A program made the position numbers and the translations under genes. This document shows, piece by piece, positions 22,681 through 36,319 of a stretch of DNA of 64,000 bases. Origin of the DNA: Felis catus (Eukaryota); the NCBI RefSeq assembly GCF_018350175.1, contig NC_058368.1, forward strand, positions 202,122,001-202,186,000. The letters are read 5' to 3'. Position 1 is the first letter of the stretch. The number at the start of each line of letters is the position of its first letter. A model generated the notes under the pieces. It was not told where the DNA came from and ran no database searches. It saw only the letters and a list, made by a program, of their open reading frames with translations.

Positions 22681-24574
22681 ACTCACCATAATGTTTTTGA
22701 TATTCATTCAGTACATTGCAAATATTGGGCTTGTTCTTTTTTTACTGTTGAGTCCATTGCATGGATATACCACAGTTTGTTTAATCATTTACCTATTAAA
22801 GGACATTGGATTGTTTCCAGTTTTGGAGGATTATGGGTAGAGCTGTCGACAACATTTGTGTAAACATATGTTTTTATTACTCTAGGGCAAGTACTCAGGA
22901 GTGGGAGGGCTGGGTCGTATTTCATCTTTCACTTTTAAGATACATGGTGAATATATATTTCACTTTGTTAGAAACCGTCACATGCTTTCTAGAGTAGCTG
23001 TTTCATTTTGCATTCTTACAACGATGTATGAGCGTTGCTTTTGTTCCACATTCACAGCAGCACTTGATATTATTGAAATGCTTAAATTTTAAATAATTTT
23101 AGTATGTAATAATCACAATATACCTTTTCATTTATTTAGGCCATTTAAAGTTTTTTTTGTCAGTGTTTTTTAGTTTTCATCATGCTGATGTTTTATTAGG
23201 TTCATACCTAATAACTTCATATTGGAGATATTGTAAATATGATTTAAAAAATTTTGGTTTCCAATGGTTCTAATTTCCAGTTGCTGGTATGTAGAAATAT
23301 GATTGGTGTATGTTTTCCTTCTATCTTGTGACATTACTTAGTTCACTAAATTAGTTCTAGGAATTTTAAAAAATAGATTTCTTAGAATTTTACATAGACA
23401 GTCATGTTACCCATGAGTAGTAAGAGTTTTATTTCTTCCTTTCCAATCTGTATGCCTTTAATTTCTATTTCTTGTGTTATTGTGCTGATTAGGACTTTAG
23501 TGAGATGTTGAATAGAAGGGGTGAGAGCAGACACCCTTGTCTTGCTTCCAGTGTTAGGTAGGAATCATTTCGTTTTCACCTTTAAGTAAGATATTAGATG
23601 TAGATTTTTTTAAAAGGTATTAAAAAAATAAGATTGAAGAAGTTCCTTTATATGCTGAATTACATGAGAGTTTTTATCATGCATGGATCTTGAATTTTGT
23701 CAAATGCTTTTTCTGCACTAAATATCATAATGTGTTTTTTCCCCTTATACTGTTAATGTGGTGGATTGATTGATTTTCAAACATTGAACCAGACTGTGCA
23801 TGCCAGGGGTAATTCTACACTTGATTGTGGTTCACTCTTCTTTTTATGCGTGGCTATATTTAATTTGTGAATATTTCCTGAGGATTTTTTCCTCTTTGTT
23901 CATGAAATATGTTGGTAGGTAGTTGTATTTTCTTATCCTGTCTTTTCTCACTTTTAGTGTCACATTAATGCTAGGGTTCATAAAGCGAATTAGGAAGTGT
24001 TCTATACTCTTCTGTTTTCTGGAAGATGTTGTATAGGATTGGTGTTATTTCTTTCTTAAATGTTTTTTAAGAACTCACCAGTAAAACAACCCAGACTTCT
24101 TTTTCAGAAGGTTTTAAACTATAGATTCAATTTCTTTGGTAGTTTATAAAGCTATTCGGATTATTTATTTCATTTTGAGTGAGTTTTGATAGCCAATGAC
24201 TTTCAAGGAATTAGTCCATTTCATCTAAGTTGTTGAATTTCCATGTATAGAGTCGTTTATAGTATTCCCTAATTGCTATTTTAATATCTGCATGCTCTGT
24301 AGTGATATCCTTTCTTTTACCCCCCATGTTGGAAATTCTTGTCTTCTTTCTTCTTTTTCTTTGTGAGCCTTGCTAGAACTTACATTTTTTAATTCATATT
24401 TTCAAATAACTGGTTTTTAGTATCTTTGATTTTCAGAATTGTTTTTGATTTTTTATTTCAATGATTTCTTCTTTTATTTTTATTATTTCCTTTCTTCTAA
24501 TTTTTTTGGTTTCATATTGCTTTTTTTTCCAGTCCCATAGAGTGGAAACTTAGGTTATTGATCTGAAGTTTTCT

Positions 24575-24809
24575 TTTCTTTCTTTCTTTTTTAAAATTTT
24601 TCTTAATGTTTTTATTTATTTTGACAGAGAGAGAGAGACAGAGCATGAGCAGGGGAGGGGCAGAGAGAGAGGGAGATACAGAATCTTGAGGCAGGCTCCA
24701 AGCTCAGCTGTCAGCACAGAGCCCAACGCGGGGCTCGAACTCACAGACTGTGAGATCATGACCTGAGCCGAAGTCAGACGCTCAACTGACTGAGCCACCC
24801 AGGCACCCC
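24575..24809 (-). mobile_element. CAN-SINE inside old L1
   Basis: TSD tgaagttttcttttct. Confidence 0.93.
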
Positions 24810-25878
24810 TGAAGTTTTCTTTTCTACTATAAACATTTAATACCGTAAATTTCCCTTTAAGCACTGCCTTATTTGCATCTGATAAATTCTGATAATATGT
24901 AAATTCATTTCCATTTAGTTCAAATTATTTTCTAATTTCCCTTGAGGCTTACTCATGGAACCATGAATTATTTAAAAATGAGTTGTTTGGTTCCCAAGCA
25001 TTGGAGACTTTACCCTTGAATCTTTATATTATTGATTTTAGTTTAATTCCATTATGAACAGAGAACATACTTGGTATAGTTTCATTTCCTTTAAATCTGT
25101 TAAAATTTACTTAATAGTTTAGGATATGTTCTATTTAGCAGCTGTTCCACATGCATTTGAAAAGACTAGGTGTTATGCCTTCATTGGAAGGAATCTTCTA
25201 TAGATTTCAATTATATCCTATGGGTTGATGATATTCAGTTCTATAACCTTGCTCATTTTCTGTTTACTAGATCACTGATAAAGTAGTGTTGAAGTCTTCA
25301 ACTACATCCATGAATTTGTCTAGTTTTCATTTAATTTTTGTCAGTTTTGGTTCATGTATTTGAAGATTTGTGGTTAGATGAATACACATTTAGGATTGTT
25401 AAGTTTTCTTGCTGAATGGATTCTTCTATCATTAAGTTATGTCCCTCTTTATCCCTAATATTTTTCTTGGCTCTGAAGTCTACTTTGATAATAATATAAC
25501 CACTTCAGCTTTCTTTTGATTAGTTTTTCATGGTATTTGTTTTTTTTTTATCCTATTACTTACAACCTACGTATAATATTGATTTCAAGAGAGTTACATG
25601 CCAATAGCATAGAGCTGTGTTGTTTTATTTCAAATCCTTATTGACAGTGTCAAATAAGTGTCAATCTTTATATGGTATGTTTAGATCATTTACATTTAAT
25701 AATTAAGTATTGACACATTTGGAATTAGGGCTACCACTTTATATTTGTTTTTTGATAATTCCTTTTATTTTTAATTTTTCTCTCTCCCCTTGCTTATCTT
25801 CTTTTGGGTTATTTGAACATTTTTTTTTTTTTTTACTATTTCATTTTATCTGTTGTGTTTACTATATTGTTTTGAATG

Positions 25879-26087
25879 TTTTTTAAAAAATATTTATTTT
25901 TGAGAGAGAGAGAGGGAGAGAATGGGGGAGGGGCAGAGAGAGAGGGAGAGAGAGAATCCCAAGTAGGCTTCACAGTCTCAGCACAGAGCAGAACTTGGGA
26001 CTTGATCTCACGAACTCAGATCATGACCTGAACTGAAATTGAATCAGACGCTTACCCACTTAACCAACTGAGCCACCCAGGTGCCCC
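25879..26087 (-). mobile_element. CAN-SINE inside old L1
   Basis: Body ending caggtgcccc; TSD ttgaatg. Confidence 0.9.
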
Positions 26088-28199
26088 TTGAATGGATTTT
26101 TTAATTGGTTGCTTTAGTGTGTAAAAATACATACTTAAGTTTTTACAGTTTATTGGGGATCAATATTTTATTACCTCAGATGTGATACGGAAACCTTATT
26201 TTTATGCAGGTTCTTTAACCCCTACCCTTTATTTTGCAGTTATCTTACGTGTCATACGTACATGTATTGAAAGGTCTATCAGAAAATGTAATTTTTTCTT
26301 TTAGCCATCAGACATGTATTAAAGAACTCAAGAGGGAAAGCAATAATCTATATTTACTGAAATGTTACCTATTTCTATTGCTTTTCTTTCCTTTCTGATA
26401 CTCAAAACTGCCTTCTGATAACATTTTCCTGTGCCTTGAAGTGCTTCTGTTAGTAATTATTTTAAAGCTTTTTTGCTAGCTCTGAATTTTCTAAGTTTTC
26501 CTTCATTTGTGAATGTCTTTATTTCACCTTTTCTATAAAATATTTCTGCTGTGTGCAGAAAGCTAGGTCACCAGTTCTTTTCGTTTAGCACTTTACAAAC
26601 GTTGTTTCACTTCCTTCTGACTATTGTTGTTTCTGACTAGAAATCCTCAGGTTTTTTTTTTTTTTCCAAATCACTGTTTCATTAGAAGTAATGTAACATT
26701 TTCCTGTGGCTGCTTTCAAGATTACTTGTTTCTCTTTGGTTTTCGGCAGTTTGATTATTATGGATATTGGACATGGTTTTTTTATGTGTGTGTTTATCCT
26801 GTTTGGGCTTTTCTCAGCTTCTTGAATCTGTAATTTTAAGTTTCACCAAGTTTGAGATGTGTTTATCTCTTATTTCTTTAAGTATATTTTTTATACCACA
26901 TTTTTTCTACTCTTTTTCTGAGACTTCAGTGACACAAATGTTAGACCTTTTGGTATTTCCCTACAGTTTCATGTCTGTTCATGTTTTAAATAAATTGTTT
27001 TCTCTCTGTTAAGAAAACTGCATAGTTTCTGTTGATCTCTTTTCAAGTTTATTCACTTTTTTTCTGTCAGCTCTATCCTAATATTGAGCCCATCAAGTAA
27101 TATTTTTAAATTTTGGTTATTATTTTAGTTTGAAACTTTCCATTTGCTGTTTCTTTAGAACTTCTATTTCTTTGTAGTGCCTTTCTAGTTTCTGTTGATT
27201 TCAAGAGATTTTTGTCTTAATTTTTTGCAACATTTAAAAAATAACTGCATTGAAGCCTTTGTCAAACAATTCCCGCATCTCTGTCAACTTGGTGTTGGCA
27301 TATGTTGATTGACTTTTTACATGCAAATTGAGATTTTCCTGGTTGTTCGTATTCCAAGTAATTTTGGATTGTATCCTGGACGTTTTGCATATTATGTTAT
27401 GAGACACTGAGTCTTTTTAAATTCTATGAGGAATGTTGACATTTTTGTATTAGCAGGCAAAATACCCAATGGCCTTCAAACCACAAGCCCCAGTTGGTAC
27501 TCCCTTGGCTATGATTACGATGTCAGTTCTGTTTTCAAAGCCTTTTCAGTGCTATTTGTGTCTGCCCCATGTGTGTGCTAGTTAGGGGCCAATCTGAGAC
27601 TTGGACAGTATATATATCTTAGTTCAGTTTTCAGAGTCCATTTAGGGTCAAAACCATATATGCACAGCTCAGTGGTAAGTTTAGTAGCCCGTAAGTTAAT
27701 TTATAAGGTTTCTTTTCCCAGATTCTCCCTCTGCAGTCTCACTGGTATGTTCTGATGCCCTTGGAGTCCTCTGGCTTGAAATAGGAGATTTTATTTACTC
27801 TTATAAATAGTATAGTTCTGGCTTATTAAATCCACTGGGTTGATAAGGAATTTTTAAATTATGAGGTAAATTAAGGAATAAGGAAATTTCATATTACTTA
27901 AAAATATTGGGGTACTTCCTTGTAAGAATTACTATAAAAATTGTCATTGTGCTGTACCGATAGGATATGTCAGTTGGCTCTTGCTATACATCAAGCTCTT
28001 GCTATCTTTTTCATACTTTCTCCAACATACTTTCTTTAAAGTTATTTTATTAAATTATTTTTGTGACACTTGAAGGCAGTATGTCTTATGGTGTCCATCA
28101 CATCAATAATAAGGACAATTAAGGTAACTTGTAACTAATACAACTAAAGATAACTAGTGTGCTATAATATAGTTTGATACACCACCTCAAAGCTTCTAT

Positions 28200-28630
28200 T
28201 TATATTATTTCTAATACATAAATAATATGTATTATTATGTATTGTATAAATATGTATTTATTTACTAGGAGTGGAAGGAAAATTAGATGTTTATTTTTAC
28301 AGTAAATATTTATTAAATATATTAAATATATTTATTACATATATTAAATATACATATATTAAATATATTATTACAGTAATTATTTATTAAGTAAATAGAT
28401 ATTATCATGTATTGTACTGTTATGTATTATGTAAATGCATATTTTTATTTTCTAGGAAAGGAATGGAAAATTAGATGTTTATTATAATAATTATTACATA
28501 TATTAAATATATTATTACAATAATAATTATTTATTACATAGATAATATGTATTATTATATAATACTATGTATTATATAAATATGTGTTTATTTACTAGGA
28601 TTGGAATGGAATATTAGATGTTTATTATTG
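28200..28630. repeat. AT-rich degenerate triple tandem repeat
   Basis: Core tttatttactagga..ggaa.ggaaaattagatgtttatt at about 28257, 28444 and 28587, separated by variable AT-rich spacers. Confidence 0.85.
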
Positions 28631-28743
28631 CAAAGAGTTATTGCCCTGTAATAATGATACATGAAGTCAGCTTAAAATTCTGTATATTTTAATTTGAAAC
28701 TTTGTATGTTACAGTAATCTGAACTTGTTTAAAACAGCTTCCA

Positions 28744-28906
28744 GGGGCTCCTGGGTGGCTCATTTGGTTAAGCTTCCAACTCTTGGTTTCAGCTCAGGTC
28801 ATGTTCTCATGGTTCTGTGAGTTTGAGCCCCTTATCAGGCTTTGCACTGATGATGCAGAGCTTGCTTAGGATTTTCTCTCTCAAATAAATAAAACTTAAA
28901 AAAAAT
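28744..28906 (+). mobile_element. CAN-SINE with shortened CT tract
   Basis: TSD cagcttcca. Confidence 0.9.
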
Positions 28907-30202
28907 AAATCAGCTTCCATTTCAGTTTAGTAGGAGGTCATGTCAACTTTATTATAAAACATTTAACTCAACAAGCACCCTTTTATTTTAGGTTTGCAAG
29001 ACTTGTCAGTTAATGAACAAACACTGTTTTACTGAGTGTCTTATCTGTTATACACTGTGCTAGTCTCTGAGCACACAGCAAGGAAGAAACTAGAATTAGC
29101 CTCCTGCCCTCCTGGCACTTAGAGGAAGAATATTTTTAAAGAAACAATTACAAGAGTATGATAGAAGTACAGGATGGTTTGGTAGCCCAAATATGAGAGT
29201 TGAAGGGATCTTAAAGGCTGTTCCCCAAATCTTTGCTAAGTGGTCTTTTGGCCTGTGATTGAATTTCTCATGATGAGAAGTCCACAATCTGCTGAGTCAC
29301 CCAGTCCAGTTACTCCTGGAAGAATTGGACAGTTTGTAGCTGGCAAAGTTGAAGTGCCTCACTCTCACTGTATTTGAGTATAGTGTTGAGATAGGTGACA
29401 AGATACCTGAGTAGAATCCATGTGTCACCATATGCCTTAGCCGTTCAATTCTTTGACACTTGTGGAAAATGATTTTTCATTCCTATAGAAAATGCTATTG
29501 TTAAGTCAACATTTTAGGGAGAGGACTTTCTTCTATGTGTCTGATCTCTACGCCATATATTGAGAATTATATTTCTTATGTCACTTATCACTTGTGGCAA
29601 TTTATACATTATCATACTTTTTATATAAAATAGTACTGGTTCTCTTACTTTCCCAGTGCTACAGTGGTAGGACTACAGTGTCATGTTTAAATTTGTTATT
29701 TCCCTCTTGATTATATCAGTCAGAATTTAATAAAGTATGTGGTGTTCACATGCAGTGACCTTGCAAAAGAATTTGTCCTATAGCCTCAGACAACAGTCAT
29801 TTGTTGTTTGGAGCGAGTCATTAATTTTATCTGACAGATTGAAGATGGTATGGGAATTAAGGTGCAGCCTACCGACCACCTGTCTCAGCTGACTTAACCA
29901 ATGACATCATTCTGCTTTCTACTGTCCAATCACATTTGTTCTGAATCTCTGACCAACACATGCCAGTTCCAGAAGATACTTTTGCAAATGACCTGAATCA
30001 TGACTGATAACATTTGTGTCTGAGGTTTCTATCTATCCTGCATGATAAATAGAGGTTGAAACTGATTAATGTTTTATAGTCTGTGTTCACAATTACTAGG
30101 GGGAAGTAAACACAAGTCACAATTCATTGAAGAGGACCTGGTGTTTCCTAATGTGATTTAGATTGCCTCTCTCTTAAAAAAAAAGTGCATCTTTTCTTTC
30201 AG

Positions 30203-30296
30203 GAAGAGCCCCAGTGAATAAGACACCCATATACCTTTCCAATTTATTGTAGTTAAGTTGGCTGAAGTGTGTCCTAGTTTTAAGCCATTAGACCAG
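30203..30296 (+). ncRNA. Candidate non-coding exon (94 nt)
   Basis: catcttttctttcag|G ... CAG|gtatta; stop codons in all three frames. Confidence 0.4.
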
Positions 30297-30649
30297 GTAT
30301 TATGTTATTTGTTTAATAACCTCTACTAAAATGACGATGTTAATATGAATGAAGGACACTTCAGCAGCACTCATAGCTGCTGAGAGTACCATGCTAATTA
30401 GGTTTCGTGACTGACTTCTCCAGTAAAACATGAATCTGGGAAAGGAAAGACATATCTGGTTTCTTTCGGCCCGGAAGATAAACCATTATAGAAAAAATTT
30501 AAAGATTTATGCAAGCATGCACAAACTTGCCATAAATAGAGGAAATGAATTAATGGTAAGAGAGAAAGAGGAGGGCATGAAGCTAAATATTACTATCATC
30601 ATATTATTACTGACTTGCGATCAATGTAGAAAAATGATCATTAGTTAAT

Positions 30650-30880
30650 CTTATGGCAAGTCAGTATTTAGTGAGGACTCATTATGTTTAAGGCAGTGAG
30701 AACAAGAGAGACAAACTTCCTGCGCTAAAGATTCATACGATGGAGTCGAGAATACAGATATTTATCAATTTAGGAAGAGTCCACGGGGATATGTGAAAAG
30801 AGTAACGAAACCAACAACGGGGAGTCAAGACAGGCCTCTCTGAGGCTGACAGTGGCCAGACTGAGACCTGAAGGCGGGGA
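30650..30880 (-). mobile_element. LINE-2 3' relic
   Basis: cagtgagaacaagagagacaaacttccctgc...ggcctctctgagg...ctgagacctgaagg. Confidence 0.6.
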
Positions 30881-32385
30881 AGAGGAGGTTAGTATCTCAT
30901 CTGTACAGTTCTGGTTCAGATTTCCAAGCAGACTTCACCTGGTGTTATCTGACCTCACAGTTTTACGTTGGAATAATTATGGCATTCAGTTTTCAGGTCA
31001 ACTGTTGATCTAAAGGTGAGCATGACAGAAGCTGAGGAAATTATTGTATTTCCCTTGAATTTTTCTTAATGTAACTGAGGAGTACAAGTTCTTTTGCTTT
31101 TGGGATATCAAGGCATGACCAGTGGTACCCATACCACCTATTTCCCCAAGTAATGAAGAGAATCTACAACACCATGGACAGCATTCACTCACTGCAGAGC
31201 AGGTAGGGCTCCATCTCTGGAGCCCTGGAGGCCTCAGTATCATCCTCTGGCACATGATCTTTACACAGAAATCTTTAGATTGTATCTATGTCATGCTTCT
31301 CAAGCTGTGTATGTTTAGGTATAGAAAGCCAGAACTAAGCATGATTACCTTTGAGGACATTGATTTCATTCAAAGATGTATAGAAAGGGTTAATAATTGA
31401 ATTTGTAGGTAGCCGAAACCATATTTACATTAAAAGAAACACTGATATGGTAAGGAGTAGAATACAAATCTAGCATTTTTTAAATGTTATGCTGACACTT
31501 TAAGTGTCTCAAATTTTAGGTGGCGCCTTTGGGCTATGCCCCTAGGCTCCCTGAGGGCTGTATTAAATTTTCTAGGCCACAAACTCAATGGAAAAGTTTA
31601 GGAGGATTATCTTTGGTGCTTTTTGATTAAAGAAATAATAGTCTATATATTTGCATTTTAACTCCACATCCTTGTTTTAAGTAAAGACTTCTCTGTTTCT
31701 TCTCTGACAATGTGGATATTTTCTTTGGTCTTCTCTAGAGGTATGACCAAAGGCTCATGTGGGGGAAACCTTGAGTCTAAACAGTTCCTGTGGGCTACAG
31801 CCCCAACTCAAGTAATTTTCCATTTCTAATTAGTAGCAGGGAATTCAAATTAGAAAAAGCCTAGCAGATGTTATAGTTTCTCCCAAGGATCTAGTGTAAA
31901 AGTGCTTACCAAGGATTTTAATGTTATTTAATTTAAAGTCTTCTTGTCTCTTCCTTTGAATACTCTTCCAAGAATCTATTAAATAACTACACTTAAACAT
32001 ATTTAAGTGATTCCTGAAATTTTCCAAAGCTATTTACTAAGTAGACCTGCAGATTCAAATTGTTATTTTTATTCAATACTGGATCATAACCGTATGATCA
32101 TAAGCCATTAATTTCTCATTTCTGTAAATTGGAGGAAAAAATTAAATAGTGTTACATTAAACACAGGTGAAGGTTGAAGTCTCAAAAGTGAAGCTAGGAC
32201 ATCTCATGCTATTAGGAAGATAAGGTTATACACACAGCATCTGAAAAAAATACAGTGAAAAACTCCTTAAAAAGTACTTTCTTATAGTATTCAGTATATA
32301 TGATTTGTGAAGACAAAATTTGAAATAAAAATTTCAGAAAATTGAGTCTAGGGATATAACCAAACTACTCATACACTGACCAAAA

Positions 32386-32606
32386 TTTATTTATTTATTT
32401 TTAAATGTTTATTTATTTTTGAGAGAAAGAGAGAGGCAGAGCATGAGCATGGGAGGGGCAGACTGAGGGAGACACAGAATCTGAAGCAGGCTCCAGGCTT
32501 TGAGCTGTTAGCACAGAGCCTGGTGCAGGGCTAGAACTCACAAGCTGCGAGATAATGACCTGAACCGAAGCCAGATGCTCAACTGACTGAGCCACCCAAA
32601 CACCCC
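32386..32606 (-). mobile_element. CAN-SINE
   Basis: TSD cactgac(c/t)aaaattta. Confidence 0.93.
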
Positions 32607-33259
32607 TCACTGACTAAAATTTAAAAGGTAGGTATAGGCTTCAACAAAATCAGACAGCAGTGGAAGCTTAGCTCCCTTAGTATATCATAGGTGGATTTTA
32701 AAAAGTGCAAAGTGCATATTAAAACACAGTATTTTTCTACCTTGCATAATCATTTCACTGGGGCCTTGTCTTCATTTGCTTTTGGTATCCAGAATTCAAT
32801 GCAGAATTATTTGTCATAAGCTTCAAGTAAATAGTCAATTATTTTTCAAGAAAAATTTTCAGTATTAATGGCTGGATTCACACACAAGTGAAAAGTTCCT
32901 CAAAGTTATTAATCTTTTAATAATATTAATAATCTTCCTTAAACTATTTTTTCTTTGGCTTAGTTCTTAATCCTTGTGTTTGCATGTTAAATTTTCTTAA
33001 ATGGTACATATTTATTTATATATTAATTCCTTATCATAAACAGTTTTCACTATTTAATCTCTGTTGGCATGAATATGGCATGCATTCTCTCAGCTCATTT
33101 AACCAGAAAAAAATCAGCCATGATTTTCCTCAAATTGTTGGGAAACTTTAAGGTCATTTCTACATGATGCCAACCAAGAAGTTGGCATCAGATCCAGGAG
33201 TTTGAGTAACTACACCTGGGAAGTCATAGATAATAACTTCAACCAATGTCATCCTCTTT

Positions 33260-33370
33260 CTTACCTGATGTAATTGGAATATAGCATTATGTTAGTTTCA
33301 GGAATATAACATAATAATTTGGTATTTGTATATATTGCAAAGTGACCACCACATTAAGTCTGGTTAATGA
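33260..33370 (-). mobile_element. LINE-1 3'-end fragment
   Basis: atatagcattatgttagtttcagg...tatatattgcaaagtgaccaccacattaagtctggtta. Confidence 0.65.
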
Positions 33371-33869
33371 TCATTTTTAAATTTTTTGAGTATTCACGCT
33401 GCCTCCAGAAAACTGTTGCAGTTCTTTAGCAGAATGTGCTCTTCTTATCAGATCCCCAGTCTTTGTGTAGCTTTGTAGACTCCTCTCCCCCTCTTTCCAT
33501 TTCATACTCAGTGCCCCACTCATTCTGAGTGTGCTGTTCCCCAACCTTTCCATGCTGTCTCAAGAGTCTGCAGTGATGCTTATCACTCTACCAACAGTAC
33601 CTTCCCTGCTTGTGTATTTTTTGAGCCCCTATATAAGCATCAGTCCTCATGGAAATATTTGCCTGACGTTAGTAGGCAGAATTATAGTTTTCCTCTCCTG
33701 TGCCAAGTGTCTTACTACCTACCATTGGTACTATCTTACTACCTACCATTGGTATTATATATGTATTTACGTACCTTTATATAGACTGTTGGACTGTGAA
33801 GTCAGGGGCTTTGTTTTATTTTTATTTTTATTGTTCAACCTTAGTGCTTCAATTTTTGAGACATGTAAT

Positions 33870-34250
33870 ACAGGATTATTTTTCCAACATTTTATTATGA
33901 AAATATGCAAATATACAGAAAAGATGAAAAGTTGATATAATTAGCACATATATCCACAACTTACACTCAGTGATTTTTATATTTGCTATATTTGCTTTAT
34001 CTATATTATCACCTATAACTTTCTGTCTCTCTTGATGTATATGTATATTTATTTTTTATTAGAATCAGTAACAAATAAGTTGCAGATATTATGACACTTT
34101 TTTAACAAATACTTTAGTTGGTATTTACTAAAATCAAGACTGTTCCCCCACAAACCCAAATCATTATTACACTTAACAAAAATAACGTAATTTCCTAATA
34201 TCACCTAACACCCAGTCCACAATTAAAATTTCCCTAGTTGGTCCAAAAAC
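33870..34250 (-). mobile_element. Old LINE-1 (L1M-type) 3' end
   Basis: ttttattatgaaaat...aaatatacagaaaag...taagttgcagatattatgacac...tttcctaatatca. Confidence 0.7.
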
Positions 34251-35129
34251 TTGGGAGTTTTTTTTAAGCAGCTTATTACTAAATTTTTGATCAAATAAGT
34301 GAATCCTGAAACCCAATATTGGCACAGCTTGAATGTTTTTTTAGGGAGAGAAATATGGAATGCATATTTGATATTTGAAATTCTGTTTTTTGAAATGTCA
34401 GATTAAAGCTGATAGTTATGGCAGTTGGCATGAAGCATGTAGGATTCAAGATTATAATTGAAAGCTTAATTAAAGCAGAGCAATATAGCTGCATTGGCAC
34501 TTACTGCAGCAACAGAAAAGCCTTTGAAGTCAGCCCTAAAAGAGAGAATGGCATGTATCAGTCCTGGTAGTTATAAAGGCTAAAGGCATAAAGGCATAAA
34601 GGCATCTGCTGCTATTGTAAAGATATAAGGCAATGGAAGGTCATGGAGTTTAGACATCATCTAGCTAAGCCATTCTTCTTTAATGCTGTACCATAAAATT
34701 TCCTGGTTGTATATAAATTGTGGCAGCACATGCAAAGTCTCAGGTCATTTCGTACCATTAGCTTACCTAAAATTGCTTACTGCAGTCCTACATTCTAGAT
34801 CATTGCCATTTACTGACGACTGAAGAAAAATTTTTAAGAGATCCATGCATAAAGTGCTGTGTAGCTTTTATTAAGGGAAGCTTCAGTCTTGTTCCCAGAA
34901 TTTTCCATTCCAGCCCCTCCATAGCCTTTGCTGTCATCAGCAGATGCTCTTTGTGATTCTTCCTTTGTTATTTTTCTTACTGCTGTGATTCAAGGTGGAA
35001 ATTGCCATCACATGGTAACCCTGCTAGAGGAAAGTACCTCATTAGCAATATTTTCCACAGACACCAAGATAGAATAAAGGAAAATCAGAACAATATAGTA
35101 CCAAAGATCAGTAGTGAAACTGCAAGATT

Positions 35130-35340
35130 TAAAGAATAAAACAGCTCAGGATGTGAAAGCATTAACCTTTGGGTGATGACTTTGGAAAAATCACTTCTCT
35201 ACCCTTCAGTTTCCTCATCCGTTAAATGGAAACACAACACTCGTATCTCCCAGAGTGCTTACAAGGGAGAATCGTATGAGGCCTATCTATGAGTGTTCTT
35301 CAAACTAAAGCAGCTCCATATAATACACAAAATATTATTA
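35130..35340 (+). mobile_element. MIR relic
   Basis: tgactttggaaaaatcactt...cttcagtttcctcatccgttaaatgg. Confidence 0.7.
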
Positions 35341-36319
35341 ACTTATTTTTAGAGACTTAGAGTCTTATTTACATCTGATCTATTCTAGTCCTCAGGCATG
35401 ACAAGGAGTCTGGCTTGTTCCCTTTAAAAATGTTTACGTGAACATAGCTAAACAGCCTCAGCCATTTTATTCTGGAAACTCTTTAGGGGAGTTAAGCAGG
35501 TGATGACATTTCTCCATATATTTTCTTGAATCATGAGGCTTGGGTATTCTAAATTATCAGAAAGTATAGTTTATTTTCTAGTTATCAGGAGTATTGCACT
35601 CAAAGCAAATCCATCTGTTTCAAATCAAAGCACATACTTGAAGCTGTGGGGACAGAGGGACATTGGTTTTATTTTTAGTCTGTGTGCCCAGATCTCTACT
35701 GAGAAGAACCCCTAGGTAGCATTTGCTTGGATGCTTTCACTGGACTGTTTATTCGTTGCTGTAATAGATTGGTTACTCACTGCTCTCTACTAAGAACAGC
35801 TTAGGTTCTGGAAAGAGAACCATTATGCAAGGTTCTAAACCCCCAAACTGGATAAAACTGGATATTACTGATTCAGCACACAATTAGTGGCTTTCTGTAT
35901 GAAGATAATAGGGATAGGCACCATGGAAAGAATATAAGACAGACACAGGCCTTACCCTCAAAAGGTTTGTAGTTTAGTGGGAGAGTTAGCTGAATACATG
36001 GATAAATGTAAAACATGAAATTTTGTGAAGAGAGGTTTAAATCAAGTTCTTTCAAAGAGAAATTCTCATAATTTTTACTTCCTACATTGAAAAATTCTCT
36101 TCAGCTAGCCCTGATCCTCTTCTTACTGTCCTAAATGTAAATTCTTCTGAAGAGATGTGCTATACAGAGAAAACCTGTTTCCTGTCCCCTCATTGGACAC
36201 TCAAACCACTTGTGCTAGCTTTTGGCATAGGAGAGCAAGTAGAGGCATAATGAAGAGAGAATTTGGAGCAGAGCTCACTCTTTGGGACAGCAGTTTGGAA
36301 AGATGTGGTGATGGGTGTA

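Larger units (their letters stand above)
22681..27780 (-). mobile_element. Old mammalian LINE-1 (L1M-type), about 5 kb, interrupted by two SINEs
   Basis: Continuous T-rich antisense L1 motifs (ttttatttcttcctttccaatctgtatgcc, ttgtcaaatgctttttctgca, gtccatttcatctaagttg, ctgaagtctactttg); no open frames. Confidence 0.85.

Noticed and set aside
31010..31400. ORFs of 81 and 92 aa and a possible donor CAG|gtaggg near 31203
   Set aside because: No recognisable homology and no convincing acceptor; insufficient support.
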